A stretch of DNA of 64,000 nucleotides, from NCBI GenBank assembly GCA_964548195.1, contig CAZJQC010000001.1:1-64000 (forward strand), in the 5' to 3' direction. The DNA is from an uncultured bacterium. Its GTDB lineage: Bacteria > Macinerneyibacteriota > Macinerneyibacteria > Macinerneyibacteriales > DSCS01. A program made the position numbers and the translations under genes. Below the pieces are notes generated by a model. It was not told the DNA's origin. It worked only from the letters and a program-made list of their open reading frames with translations, and ran no database searches. Below are positions 38,084 through 47,185 of this stretch, piece by piece; within the stretch, counting starts at the first letter, position 1, and every line of letters starts with the position of its first letter.

Positions 38084-39541
38084 TCAGTCATTCATGAATT
38101 TCAATATCTTGTCAAACAGTTTCTTCTGTTCCTTTTTTATCCCGGCTTCCTTTTTGGAAGAGGATATGTTTTTTCTGTTCTCCATCTCTCTTTCCGCCAC
38201 GAGCTGTGTGATGCTCTCGGTGAAATCCCGGTTTCTTTTCATGAAGGCGAAGAAGTCGGCTTTATCCATGAAAAAAATATTTGAAAGCGAGGCCGTCACG
38301 CAGTCCGCGGAAACGGGCTCCCCTTTTATCAGCGACATCTCTCCCAGCAGCGAACCCCGGCCGGCCGAAGCTATTTTCTGGCCGTTTTTCAAGACATCCA
38401 CGCTTCCGTCCGCCACAATATAAAGTCCGCGCCCCTCTTCCCCTTCTACAAGCAGGTGTTCGCCCCTGCCGTACAGGCTCACGGAACCGAGAGACAAAAA
38501 CTCGGCAAAGGCCTTCGCGTCCATAAAATCCAAAAGCGCCGGCTTCGACAAAGCGGGCGACGTCCTGCGCTTCTTCTCCGCCGCGCGTTCAACGGTGCGA
38601 ACCGGGAAGGGTATGGTGATCCCTCTCCTTTTGAAAACATAATACAGGTTTCGGTAAAACTCGTCTCTCACCTGTCTTATGTGATTGCGCCCCTCAATAC
38701 TTACAAAAACATTGTAATTCACCGAAAAGTCACCGTATTCATCCAAAAACACCTCGGGCGTTTCCTTCTTTGACAAAAACGAAACGCCTCTCAGCGCCTC
38801 AAACACCGCGGCGTCGACTTCATGCGGAGCGTCGTCATAGGAGACGCCCACGGGAAAGGCGGCCCTTTCTTTTCTGAAGGGTTTTGAATAATTGGTGACC
38901 TTTGACTTCAGTATCTCGCCGTTAGGAATGACTATGATATCGTTGTTCACCGTCTTGATCTTCGTATTATACCAGTTGATCTCCACGATCTCGCCCTCAT
39001 GGTCCTCCAGCCTCACCCAGTCTCTCACCTTGATGGGCGCATTTATGGAGATGATTATGCCCGCAAAAATATCAGCAAGCAGCGACTGAAGCGCAAGTCC
39101 CAGTATAATGGAAAACACCCCTAAGGAGGCAAAATATCCCGTGCTCAGACGGGGTATGTATTTGCCCAGGAACAGGGCCACAAAGAGCGATACCAGGACG
39201 ATCTTGATGAGATTCCGCAGCAGCTGAGGGACTTCATATTTTTTCTTATGTATGAGATAATAATCAAAAAAGATCTCGTCAATGAAGGTAAAGAGGTTAT
39301 AGAAGATGACAAACCACAATATAAGATAATAATATGTGCCTGCATTCGGGACCTTAAGCACAGGCACGATCTTCAACGCCATGTAAAAAGCGCTGATCAC
39401 GAGCAAAAAACTTACGAGCTTCAGCTTTTTGAATACCGGGCTCACTCTCCATATGAGTTTCTTTAACAGCAGAAATACGAGAGCCGAAAAGACGAACAAC
39501 CCTCCGAATATCAGAAACCTTCCCAAATCGTTCAAGACCAT
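38084..39541 (-). CDS. MscS-family channel with C-terminal cyclic-nucleotide-binding domain
   Basis: GLALQSLLADIFAG, IPNG, VGVSYD, GITIPFP. cNMP fold EGEEG..LYIV.DG, GEMSL. Confidence 0.9.
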   Translation of the reverse strand: MVLNDLGRFLIFGGLFVFSALVFLLLKKLIWRVSPVFKKLKLVSFLLVISAFYMALKIVPVLKVPNAGTYYYLILWFVIFYNLFTFIDEIFFDYYLIHKKKYEVPQLLRNLIKIVLVSLFVALFLGKYIPRLSTGYFASLGVFSIILGLALQSLLADIFAGIIISINAPIKVRDWVRLEDHEGEIVEINWYNTKIKTVNNDIIVIPNGEILKSKVTNYSKPFRKERAAFPVGVSYDDAPHEVDAAVFEALRGVSFLSKKETPEVFLDEYGDFSVNYNVFVSIEGRNHIRQVRDEFYRNLYYVFKRRGITIPFPVRTVERAAEKKRRTSPALSKPALLDFMDAKAFAEFLSLGSVSLYGRGEHLLVEGEEGRGLYIVADGSVDVLKNGQKIASAGRGSLLGEMSLIKGEPVSADCVTASLSNIFFMDKADFFAFMKRNRDFTESITQLVAEREMENRKNISSSKKEAGIKKEQKKLFDKILKFMND

Positions 39542-39547
39542 GGGTCT

Positions 39548-39576
39548 ATAATATCATCGCGGCAAGCGCAATACAA
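39548..39576 (-). promoter_or_regulatory. sigma70 promoter of mscS-cNMP (probably leaderless)
   Basis: TTGTAT, 17 bp ending in TGA, TATTAT, then 6 nt to the ATG. No SD. Confidence 0.55.
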
Positions 39577-39693
39577 GAATTTTCAGCCGCCCTGTCGACA
39601 AATAGTTCCGCCGGCGCCAGTGGAGTGAAGAGCCCTATAAAAAAAAGAGGCCGCAAAAACCGGCATTCAGGGATCTGAAAGATGAAAGGAAGG

Positions 39694-39766
39694 TGGCGGG
39701 ACCCAGAATCGAACTGGGGACACGAGGATTTTCAGTCCACTGCTCTACCGACTGAGCTATCCCGCC
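39694..39766 (-). tRNA. tRNA-Phe (GAA)
   Basis: GGCGGGATAGCTCAGTCGGTAGAGCA-GTGGA-CTGAAAA-TCCTC...TTCGATT...TCCCGCCA. No encoded CCA. Confidence 0.97.
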
Positions 39767-39786
39767 GAAAACGAGTGTAAAAAAAA

Positions 39787-39861
39787 CGGAGTTGACGAGA
39801 CTCGAACTCGCGACCTCCTGCGTGACAGGCAGGCGTTCTAACCAAACTGAACTACAACTCC
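39787..39861 (-). tRNA. tRNA-Asp (GTC)
   Basis: GGAGTTGTAGTTCAG...CCTGC-CTGTCAC-GCAGG...TTCGAGT...CAACTCCG. Confidence 0.97.
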
Positions 39862-39871
39862 ATATAGTGTA

Positions 39872-39945
39872 TGGGCGGTATAGGACTTGAACCTATGACC
39901 CCCTGCTTGTAAGGCAGGTGTTCTAGCCAACTGAACTAACCGCCC
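39872..39945 (-). tRNA. tRNA-Val (TAC)
   Basis: GGGCGGTTAGTTCAG...CCTGC-CTTACAA-GCAGG...TTCAAGT...ACCGCCCA. Confidence 0.97.
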
Positions 39946-39961
39946 CCAGTTGACGAACCAG

Positions 39962-39990
39962 AATATAACATACGCGATTTTCATTGTCAA
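39962..39990 (-). promoter_or_regulatory. sigma70 promoter of the tRNA operon
   Basis: TTGACA, 17 bp, TATATT. Same hexamers as the rRNA promoter. Confidence 0.85.
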
Positions 39991-40045
39991 GCTGTTTTTC
40001 CCGGCCTCCGCTAATTTCATACGCTCCGGGCCGGCCGCGCGCCCG

Positions 40046-41149
40046 TCAAAGCCTCTCTCCCGCCGACCTCAGATATTCCATGGCGTATTCAACCACCCTG
40101 TCACGGCCATTTTCAATGTCATCACGGCTGTTTCTCAACAGGACATCCGGCATGATGCCCCGGCCTTCCAGAGAACGGTCCCGCGCATCGTTAGTCTGTC
40201 TAACGGAGAGCCTGTACTCCCATCCGTTAGGCAATTTTCCTACGCGGGTGTCGGCAAATACCCCCGCGGTCCTGTTTCCCACATGTATGACGTCAGGCAA
40301 CGCCCTCATCATCAGTGTAAAAAGTTCCGCGGCGCTCTGTGTGTTTTGATTTGTCAGCAGTACAATAGGCTTTCCCGAATAATTTCCCCCGGGGCCGGGC
40401 TCCAGCGTCCAGTATTCGGGGCCCTTTAAGCCCCCCATGTGATCCCTCTCGCGGGACACCGCATAAAGGTATTTTTTATCGGCAAACCTGCGGGCGAACT
40501 CCTTCACTGGCAGTGAATATCCGCCGATATTATCGCGTATATCCACCACAAAACCTTTAGCGTCGCCATACGCGGCAAAAAAACGGGCGATCGCCTCTTC
40601 CATCTTCTCATAGCCGGGAGGCATCTCCGTCAGGTGAATATATGCTATACCGCCGGAAAGCCATCCCGCCGTGACGACATGTCTTATCCCGGCCGGCGGC
40701 GTGACGGAACACAATCTCACCATCCTGTCATATTTGCCCTTCAGATATTTTCGTTTTATAAGCTTCAATGAAAAATCATCCGTCTTTTCCCTGAAATCAA
40801 AAGAGAGCAGGCCGACATAATCATGGGACTCTTTCCCGAATCCCGAGAAATAGATCTCGTTGAAACGGTATATGTAGCAATGTTTATCGTCAAGCTTTTC
40901 CAGAAGGCCTTTAAAAACGGCAAACAGTTCGTCGTCTGAGGTCTCCCCGTCGACCCGGCCCGCATACTCCCCGCAAAGTCTCTCCCATGAGACCTGTTTG
41001 GCCTCGAACAATGCGTAGTCCTTTTCAAAGACATCACAAAAAGCATTAAAGTTTTCCACGGGGTTGCCGCGCTCCCTGTTCAAATAAACAAGCCCTCCGA
41101 TAAAAACCGCCATGCATACGACGGCGAGGCGGGCAAGCCATCTTTTCAT
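40046..41149 (-). CDS. S41-family peptidase (tricorn C1 + S41)
   Basis: N-terminal anchor, L.D.H, VDIRDNIGG, TQSAAE, G..TAG, EGRGIMPD. Confidence 0.9.
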   Translation of the reverse strand: MKRWLARLAVVCMAVFIGGLVYLNRERGNPVENFNAFCDVFEKDYALFEAKQVSWERLCGEYAGRVDGETSDDELFAVFKGLLEKLDDKHCYIYRFNEIYFSGFGKESHDYVGLLSFDFREKTDDFSLKLIKRKYLKGKYDRMVRLCSVTPPAGIRHVVTAGWLSGGIAYIHLTEMPPGYEKMEEAIARFFAAYGDAKGFVVDIRDNIGGYSLPVKEFARRFADKKYLYAVSRERDHMGGLKGPEYWTLEPGPGGNYSGKPIVLLTNQNTQSAAELFTLMMRALPDVIHVGNRTAGVFADTRVGKLPNGWEYRLSVRQTNDARDRSLEGRGIMPDVLLRNSRDDIENGRDRVVEYAMEYLRSAGERL

Positions 41150-41204
41150 CCTTTTACCTCGCTTTTCGAAAGCCCCGAAACGTTTGCCGGTGACATCGAT
41201 TGTT

Positions 41205-41972
41205 TCAGGCGTTATCCGCCACCTGCTCCTTAAACCGTTTCCTGTTCCATACGAACCTGAACCTTATAGCGTCCGTCCTGCATACGGCCGCGCATCTTCC
41301 GCACATCAGGCATTCGCCGTTTGTGACCAGCCCCTTATTATCCTTTATATAGCCGGTGATCGGTATCCTTACCGGGCATTCCTCCTCGCACTTGCCGCAC
41401 AGCACGCACTTGCTTTTATCCACTACCGGGACCAGCCTTGAATGTTTCGCGCCCGCGGAGCACAGGGCTCCCATAAAACAGAGGTTCCGGCACAGCCATC
41501 TTCTTTCAAGGAACAGCCCCAGTATAAACGCGGAAAGCACATCCGCCATCCATACGACCTTGTAATGCATATTAAACGACGGCTTTAAAAACATCGGGTC
41601 CGGAGCGAATCCGTGTGTCAGCCCCTTTGAACTGTTCATGTAATAAAAGAGAAATGCCGATGCGAAAAACGGCAGCAGTATCAGGCTTCGCACCCATATC
41701 TTCGGCTTGTTCCACGGCCGTCTTATCAAAGATCTGGCGCCCGCGAGATCGTTTACCGTCCCCATGAAACAGAACCAGCCGCAGCCTATGCGCCCGAACA
41801 GGGGGGCAAGCAATATAAAAGCGCCCCAGATCAGCATCACCGCGGTTATCACGCCCCAGTATATGGAATGCCATATAAAGCCTATCGCAAACAATTGAAA
41901 AAACACGGGCGTCAATAAAAGAAAGACGACCCTTGAGATGTAATTCAACGTAAATATCCTTTTTGCTGCCAC
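41205..41972 (-). CDS. Membrane 4Fe-4S binding protein (NapH/CcoG-like)
   Basis: GRIGCGWFCFMG, RWLCRNLCFMG and two CxxCxxCxxxC motifs. Probable GTG start at 41972 after AAGGGGG (track start 42005). Confidence 0.85.
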   Translation of the reverse strand: MAAKRIFTLNYISRVVFLLLTPVFFQLFAIGFIWHSIYWGVITAVMLIWGAFILLAPLFGRIGCGWFCFMGTVNDLAGARSLIRRPWNKPKIWVRSLILLPFFASAFLFYYMNSSKGLTHGFAPDPMFLKPSFNMHYKVVWMADVLSAFILGLFLERRWLCRNLCFMGALCSAGAKHSRLVPVVDKSKCVLCGKCEEECPVRIPITGYIKDNKGLVTNGECLMCGRCAAVCRTDAIRFRFVWNRKRFKEQVADNA

Positions 41973-42329
41973 TCCGGCCCCCTTTTTTGAAAATATTCCA
42001 AACAATTATTGACGCATTTCATAAAAAATCAATATTAATATCAAATGGGAAGAGCGAAATAATACTCAACGCAGAATAGACGCTGTTCCATGCTAAAAAC
42101 CCGGGAACGTGGGGAATTTTAGTCTTTCATTAATAAAAAAATGTATTTGTATATGTTAGTTTCCTATTACTATTTATCATCCACAGGTATTACGCATTCA
42201 TTAACCCATGACCACTCAATATTTTTGTGTTCTACTTGTGAAACAGTGTTTTCGAGAAATTGATTGCGCTTATTTGCACTAAAAACAATCTGAATCACCA
42301 TATATTTTAACATACACAATAACGAAAAA

Positions 42330-43700
42330 TCAGCTTTTTTTAAATCTCGTCCCCTCGGGGGTGTCTTCCAGTATGACGCCCAGTTCCTTCAGCCGCTCCC
42401 TTATGAGGTCGGCTGTCTCAAAGTCCCGGTTTTTCTTGGCTCTGGCGCGCAGTTCAATAAGCAGTTCCGCCAGAGCTTTCCAGTCGCCGCCCTCTTCCTC
42501 GTCAGCCGCGGGCAGTATGCCGAACACCCTGTCCCAGTCCCTGAGCCACCATATCACGGCCGCGGCCTTTTTTTCGTCCCTGTCCGCATAGACATCGGAG
42601 ACGGCTTCGAACATCACGCCCAGGGCTCCGGAAGTATTAAAGTCGTCATTCATGAACTTTTTCAGTTTTTCATCATACTGCCGTACCAGTTCATCATCCC
42701 GGGCCTCTCCGGCGTCCCTGAACTCAAAGAGGAAGTTTTTCAGCCGTTCATGTTTTTTAACGGAATCGTTCATGACAGCGTCCGTAAAATCAAGCAGTTT
42801 CCTGTAATGGGCGGAGATGATAAACAGGCGTATGACCTGTGAAGGGTAGGCCTTCAGCAGCTCTCTCACATTGCGTATGTTTCCAAGCGACTTGCTCATC
42901 TTCGCGCCGTTTATGTTCACGTAGGCGTTGTGCATCCAGTAATTTGAGAGGCTGGCTCCTGTCGCGGCCTCTGACTGGGCGATCTCGTTTTCATGATGGG
43001 GGAAGACCAGGTCTTCCCCGCCGGCGTGTATATCCAGCGTGCCGCCCGCATATTTTGAACTCATGGCGGAGCATTCGATATGCCATCCCGGACGCCCTTT
43101 GCCCCAGGGGCTTTCCCAGGAAGGCTCGCCCGGCTTGGAGAACTTCCACAATGCGAAATCCGCGGGGTCTTCCTTGTTGCCGTCAACGGAGACCCGCGCT
43201 CCGGCGCGGAGGTCTTCAAGATTCTTTTTTGACAGCTTTCCGTAGTCCTTGAAAGATGCCACCCTGAAATAAACTCCGTCTTCGGTGACATAGGCGCAGC
43301 CCTTCTCTTCAAGCGTCCGGACAAGCCCTATCATCTCCGCTATATGATCGGTGGCTTTCGGGGCGACCGTGGGCGCGGAAACGCCAAGCCCCTCAAGGTC
43401 TTTGAAAAACGCCTCCGCGTACTTCGATGAAAGTCTGTCCCAGCTCACGCCCTCTTCCGCGGAACGCGCTATTATCTTATCGTCTATGTCTGTGATGTTC
43501 TGAATATATGTGACGTCATAGCCCTGATGCTCCAGGTATTTTCTTACGATATCAAAAAAGACAAACGGCCGGGCGTTTCCGACATGTATGTAATTATAGA
43601 CGGTGGGGCCGCAGCAGTACATGCTGACGCTGTTCTCCCTTATGGCCGTGAACTCCCGCTTGCCGCCCGACAGTGTGTCAAATATCCTTATCTTGTCCAT
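42330..43700 (-). CDS. cysS: Cysteine-tRNA ligase
   Basis: CGPTVY..HVGN, DFALWK, GRPGWHIECSAM, FPHHENE, KMSKS. Confidence 0.99.
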   Translation of the reverse strand: MDKIRIFDTLSGGKREFTAIRENSVSMYCCGPTVYNYIHVGNARPFVFFDIVRKYLEHQGYDVTYIQNITDIDDKIIARSAEEGVSWDRLSSKYAEAFFKDLEGLGVSAPTVAPKATDHIAEMIGLVRTLEEKGCAYVTEDGVYFRVASFKDYGKLSKKNLEDLRAGARVSVDGNKEDPADFALWKFSKPGEPSWESPWGKGRPGWHIECSAMSSKYAGGTLDIHAGGEDLVFPHHENEIAQSEAATGASLSNYWMHNAYVNINGAKMSKSLGNIRNVRELLKAYPSQVIRLFIISAHYRKLLDFTDAVMNDSVKKHERLKNFLFEFRDAGEARDDELVRQYDEKLKKFMNDDFNTSGALGVMFEAVSDVYADRDEKKAAAVIWWLRDWDRVFGILPAADEEEGGDWKALAELLIELRARAKKNRDFETADLIRERLKELGVILEDTPEGTRFKKS

Positions 43701-43845
43701 ACTTCCCTCCTGATTTGAGAACGGATAAAGTCTATCAACAAAGACCCCTTCTGTCAATATCCGCGGAAGACGCAAAATCGAATGAAAGCCTTGACATAAG
43801 CGGCATTATATTTATATTCAATTAGAAAAACGGAGGTGTGCCATT

Positions 43846-45519
43846 ATGCGAAAGATAATCGAATGCGTGCCCAATTTCAGTGAGGGACGCAATATTGAGA
43901 CTATCAACAAGATTACCGATGAGATCAAATGCGTGGAAGGCGTGGTGCTTCTTGACGTGGACCCCGGAAAAGACACGAACAGGACCGTCGTCACTTTTGT
44001 CGGGTCTCCGGAAGGCGTCGCGGAGGCTGCCTTCAGAGCCATTAAAAAGGCTTCGGAGCTTATAGACATGTCGGGCCACTGCGGAGCCCATCCCAGAATG
44101 GGCGCCACGGACGTCTGTCCGCTTATTCCCGTATCGGGCGTCACAGTCGAAGAGTGTGTGAGACTCGCGGGCGAGATCGGCCGGAGGGTCGGGACAGAGC
44201 TTGACATACCCGTTTTTTTATATGAGCAGGCGGCCACAAGGCCAGAGCACAGAAACCTTGCAAACATACGCAAGGGCGAGTACGAAGCCCTTGAGGAAAA
44301 GTTCAGGGACCCCGGTTTCCGGCCTGATTTCGGACCCGCCGAGTTCCGGCCCAGATCAGGGGCCACAGCCATAGGCGTGCGGGAATTTTTGCTCGCATAC
44401 AACATAAACCTCAACACGCGCGACAAACAGGCCGCCCATGACATAGCCCTCACCATCAGGGAAGCGGGCCGCGCCAAACGCGACAAAGACGGGCGCATAG
44501 TACGCGACAATAACGGAAAGACTGTAAACGTCCCCGGGCTGCTCAAAAACTGCAAAGCCGTGGGCTGGTATATTGACGAATACGGTTATGCTCAGATATC
44601 CATGAACCTTACCGATTATAAAGTCACAAATTTTCATCATGCTTTTGATGCCGTATGCGCCGAAGCAGAGAAACGGGGATACCGGGTCACCGGAAGCGAA
44701 GCCGTTGGCCTCGTGCCCAAAGCCGCCCTTCTTGAAGCGGGCAGGCATTATCTTAAAAAACAGGGAAAGAACACCGGCATACCCGAAAAAGAGATCATAC
44801 ATACCGCGATCCTTTCGCTGGGACTTAACGACACGGTGCATTTCTGCCCGGATGAGAAGATCATAGAAAACAGGATACTGAACAAAGGGCAAAGGCTTGT
44901 CGACATGGATGTCACTTCATTCGTCGATGAACTCTCGGACGACTCACCCGCTCCCGGGGGGGGAAGCGTCGCGGCTCTGGCGGGGGCACTCTCGGCCGGG
45001 CTTGCTTCCATGGTCGCAAACCTGACACATGGCAAAAAGGGTTATGAGAGGCATAACAGCGCGATGGAACAGCTCTCGACAGAGGCGCAGTCCCTTAAAA
45101 GGGAGTTCCTTGACCTGATAGACAGGGACACCGAAGCTTTTAACGAGTTCATGGCTGCAATGAAAATGGCGAAAAAGACACCCGCTCAGGAAGCGGCCAA
45201 GGCGGATGCCATGGAAAAGGCGGCGAAAAACGCCACGCTTGTGCCGTTGTACACCTTAAAGGCCTCCGGCAAGCTGTGCGCCCTGGCGGAAAAAGCCGCG
45301 AAGAAGGGCAACGAAAACGCACTGTCGGATGCCGCCGTATCCGCCATCATGGCGGAATCCGCTGCCGAAAGCGCCTATCTCAACGTACGCATCAACCTGC
45401 CGGGCATAAATGATGCCGATTTCCGCGGCAGGGTCCTTGCGGAAGCGGAAGATATTCTCGCATCGGTCAAACGCGACCGTAAAAGGATCGTGCGCTCCGT
45501 GGAAAAAAGGCTTTCCTGA
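43846..45519 (+). CDS. ftcD: Bifunctional glutamate formiminotransferase / formiminotetrahydrofolate cyclodeaminase
   Basis: ECVPNFSEGR, HPRMGATDVCP, QISMNL. C-terminal SPAPGGGSVAAL and YLNVRINL. Confidence 0.95.
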   Translation: MRKIIECVPNFSEGRNIETINKITDEIKCVEGVVLLDVDPGKDTNRTVVTFVGSPEGVAEAAFRAIKKASELIDMSGHCGAHPRMGATDVCPLIPVSGVTVEECVRLAGEIGRRVGTELDIPVFLYEQAATRPEHRNLANIRKGEYEALEEKFRDPGFRPDFGPAEFRPRSGATAIGVREFLLAYNINLNTRDKQAAHDIALTIREAGRAKRDKDGRIVRDNNGKTVNVPGLLKNCKAVGWYIDEYGYAQISMNLTDYKVTNFHHAFDAVCAEAEKRGYRVTGSEAVGLVPKAALLEAGRHYLKKQGKNTGIPEKEIIHTAILSLGLNDTVHFCPDEKIIENRILNKGQRLVDMDVTSFVDELSDDSPAPGGGSVAALAGALSAGLASMVANLTHGKKGYERHNSAMEQLSTEAQSLKREFLDLIDRDTEAFNEFMAAMKMAKKTPAQEAAKADAMEKAAKNATLVPLYTLKASGKLCALAEKAAKKGNENALSDAAVSAIMAESAAESAYLNVRINLPGINDADFRGRVLAEAEDILASVKRDRKRIVRSVEKRLS

Positions 45520-45529
45520 ATAATACATG

Positions 45530-45553
45530 ATAAGGGGGCGAAAGCCCCCTTAT
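45530..45553. terminator. Hairpin between convergent ftcD and ecfA2
   Basis: ATAAGGGGGC-GAAA-GCCCCCTTAT. Confidence 0.7.
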
Positions 45554-45554
45554 G

Positions 45555-46391
45555 TCAACGGTTCAATATGTCGTCCACAATACCCATAAGGTCCTCCACC
45601 TCGAATACGGGGTCTTTACGGGTAATGTCGCTGATATAATCAGACAGCAAATAGATATCCGGCGGGACAAATCCAAGTTCATACAACACGCCGGCGTCTT
45701 CCTTCAGGGCTTCAATAGTCATGTCCGCGGCTATTTTTCCGGAATCCATGATGACAATACGATCGGCATACTCAACGGCATCATTGATGTCATGCGTTAT
45801 AAACGCTATGCCGGTCCCGTTTTTGCCGATCTTTTTCAGCCCCGCGAACAGCTCTCTTTTCGCGCGCGGATCCAGTCCGGCCGTGGGCTCATCCAGGCAA
45901 AGATAATCAGGCCTCATCGCGATTATGCCGCAGAGCGCCGCTTTTCGCTGTTCGCCGCCGCTTAATTCAAACGGCGAATCGTCCAGCCTCTTTTCAAGTT
46001 CCGGGGCAAACGTCCTGACCGTGTTCAACACCGACTCACGCACCTTCTCCTCATCCCACTTTAAGTTTCGCGGCCCGAAAGCCATGTCCGCATAAAGCGT
46101 CTCTTCAAAGAGCTGCAGTTCGGGAAATTGGAAGACAAGGCCGACTTTTCTTGTTATCGCCGCCCCCCTGGTTTTGTTTATATCCGCTCCGTCCACCCGC
46201 ACAACGCCTTTTGTCGGTTTCAATATGCCGTTGAAATGCTGCATAAGCGTCGATTTGCCCGACCCTGTCCTGCCGAGGAAAGCGGTTATGCCCGAAGAGT
46301 CCAGGGAGATAGAGACATCATCAAGCGCAAGGTTTTCCAGCGGCGTGTCGTACAGATATATGTATATGAGCCTCTCTGTCTCTATCTTCAA
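45555..46391 (-). CDS. ecfA2: ECF transporter ATPase EcfA2
   Basis: DTP...AL, GRTGSGKST, VGLVFQFPE.QLFEET, SPFELSGG, LDEPTAGLDP. Confidence 0.9.
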   Translation of the reverse strand: MKIETERLIYIYLYDTPLENLALDDVSISLDSSGITAFLGRTGSGKSTLMQHFNGILKPTKGVVRVDGADINKTRGAAITRKVGLVFQFPELQLFEETLYADMAFGPRNLKWDEEKVRESVLNTVRTFAPELEKRLDDSPFELSGGEQRKAALCGIIAMRPDYLCLDEPTAGLDPRAKRELFAGLKKIGKNGTGIAFITHDINDAVEYADRIVIMDSGKIAADMTIEALKEDAGVLYELGFVPPDIYLLSDYISDITRKDPVFEVEDLMGIVDDILNR

Positions 46392-47185
46392 GAAAGTTTC
46401 CTCCTTAGCTCCCGGGCGACATTTTTCATGTCAAGCTGCGGTGGCGTAAGACAATATTTTTTGGCGAGCTGAAGATGCGCCGGCAGCGGGAAATCCAGCA
46501 GGCCAAGTATGTCGTCCCGCTGAAGGAGCTCCCCGGGCGGCCCCGCGAAGACATTTCTTCCTTCCGCGAGCACAAGCACCCGGTCGGCAAGAAAGACCTC
46601 CTCCATAAAATGGGAGACCATGATCACCGTTTTGCCGTCCTTATGCAGCCTCTCTATGATCTTCATTATTTCTTTTCTGCCCTGTATGTCAATAAGCGAG
46701 GTGGGCTCATCGAAAAGACAGTATTCGGGCTCCATGGCAATGGCGGATGCGAATGCGATCTTTTGTTTCTGCCCGCCGGAAAGGTTGCCAGTCATATGGT
46801 TCTTATATTGCAGCATACCCACAAAACCGAGGGCCGTGTCAACGCGCCGCTCTATCTCTTCGACTGAAAGCATCAGGTTTTCCGGGCCGAATGCCACCTC
46901 GTCCTCCACCATGGCCGTGACTATCTGATTGTCCGGGTTCTGGAACACCGTGCCCGTCTTTTTTCTGATCTCGAACAGATCGGCAGACGCCGTGTCCATG
47001 CCGTCGACCAGAACGCTGCCCGACGAGGGAAGCAAAAGAGCGTTTATAAGCCTTATAAAGGTGCTTTTTCCCGATCCGTTAGGGCCGATGACCCCCAGAA
47101 ACTCTCCCTTTGAGACAGTGATGTCAAGTTCCCGTAAAACATCATTGCCGCCGTATCCGGCGCATACCCCTCTGAACTCTATCAT
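46388..47185 (-). CDS. ecfA1: ECF transporter ATPase EcfA1
   Basis: GPNGSGKST, VFQNPDNQIV..VEDEVAFGPENL, LSGGQKQ. Confidence 0.9.
   Translation of the reverse strand: MIEFRGVCAGYGGNDVLRELDITVSKGEFLGVIGPNGSGKSTFIRLINALLLPSSGSVLVDGMDTASADLFEIRKKTGTVFQNPDNQIVTAMVEDEVAFGPENLMLSVEEIERRVDTALGFVGMLQYKNHMTGNLSGGQKQKIAFASAIAMEPEYCLFDEPTSLIDIQGRKEIMKIIERLHKDGKTVIMVSHFMEEVFLADRVLVLAEGRNVFAGPPGELLQRDDILGLLDFPLPAHLQLAKKYCLTPPQLDMKNVARELRRKLS

Noticed and set aside
39542..42005. tRNA-anchored integrative element
   Set aside because: No integrase and no duplicated tRNA 3' end seen. The S41/4Fe-4S genes lie on the 5' side of the tRNAs.
42006..42329. AT-rich region as replication origin
   Set aside because: Only one near-DnaA box (TCATCCACA), no cluster of boxes and no dnaA/dnaN/gidA context.
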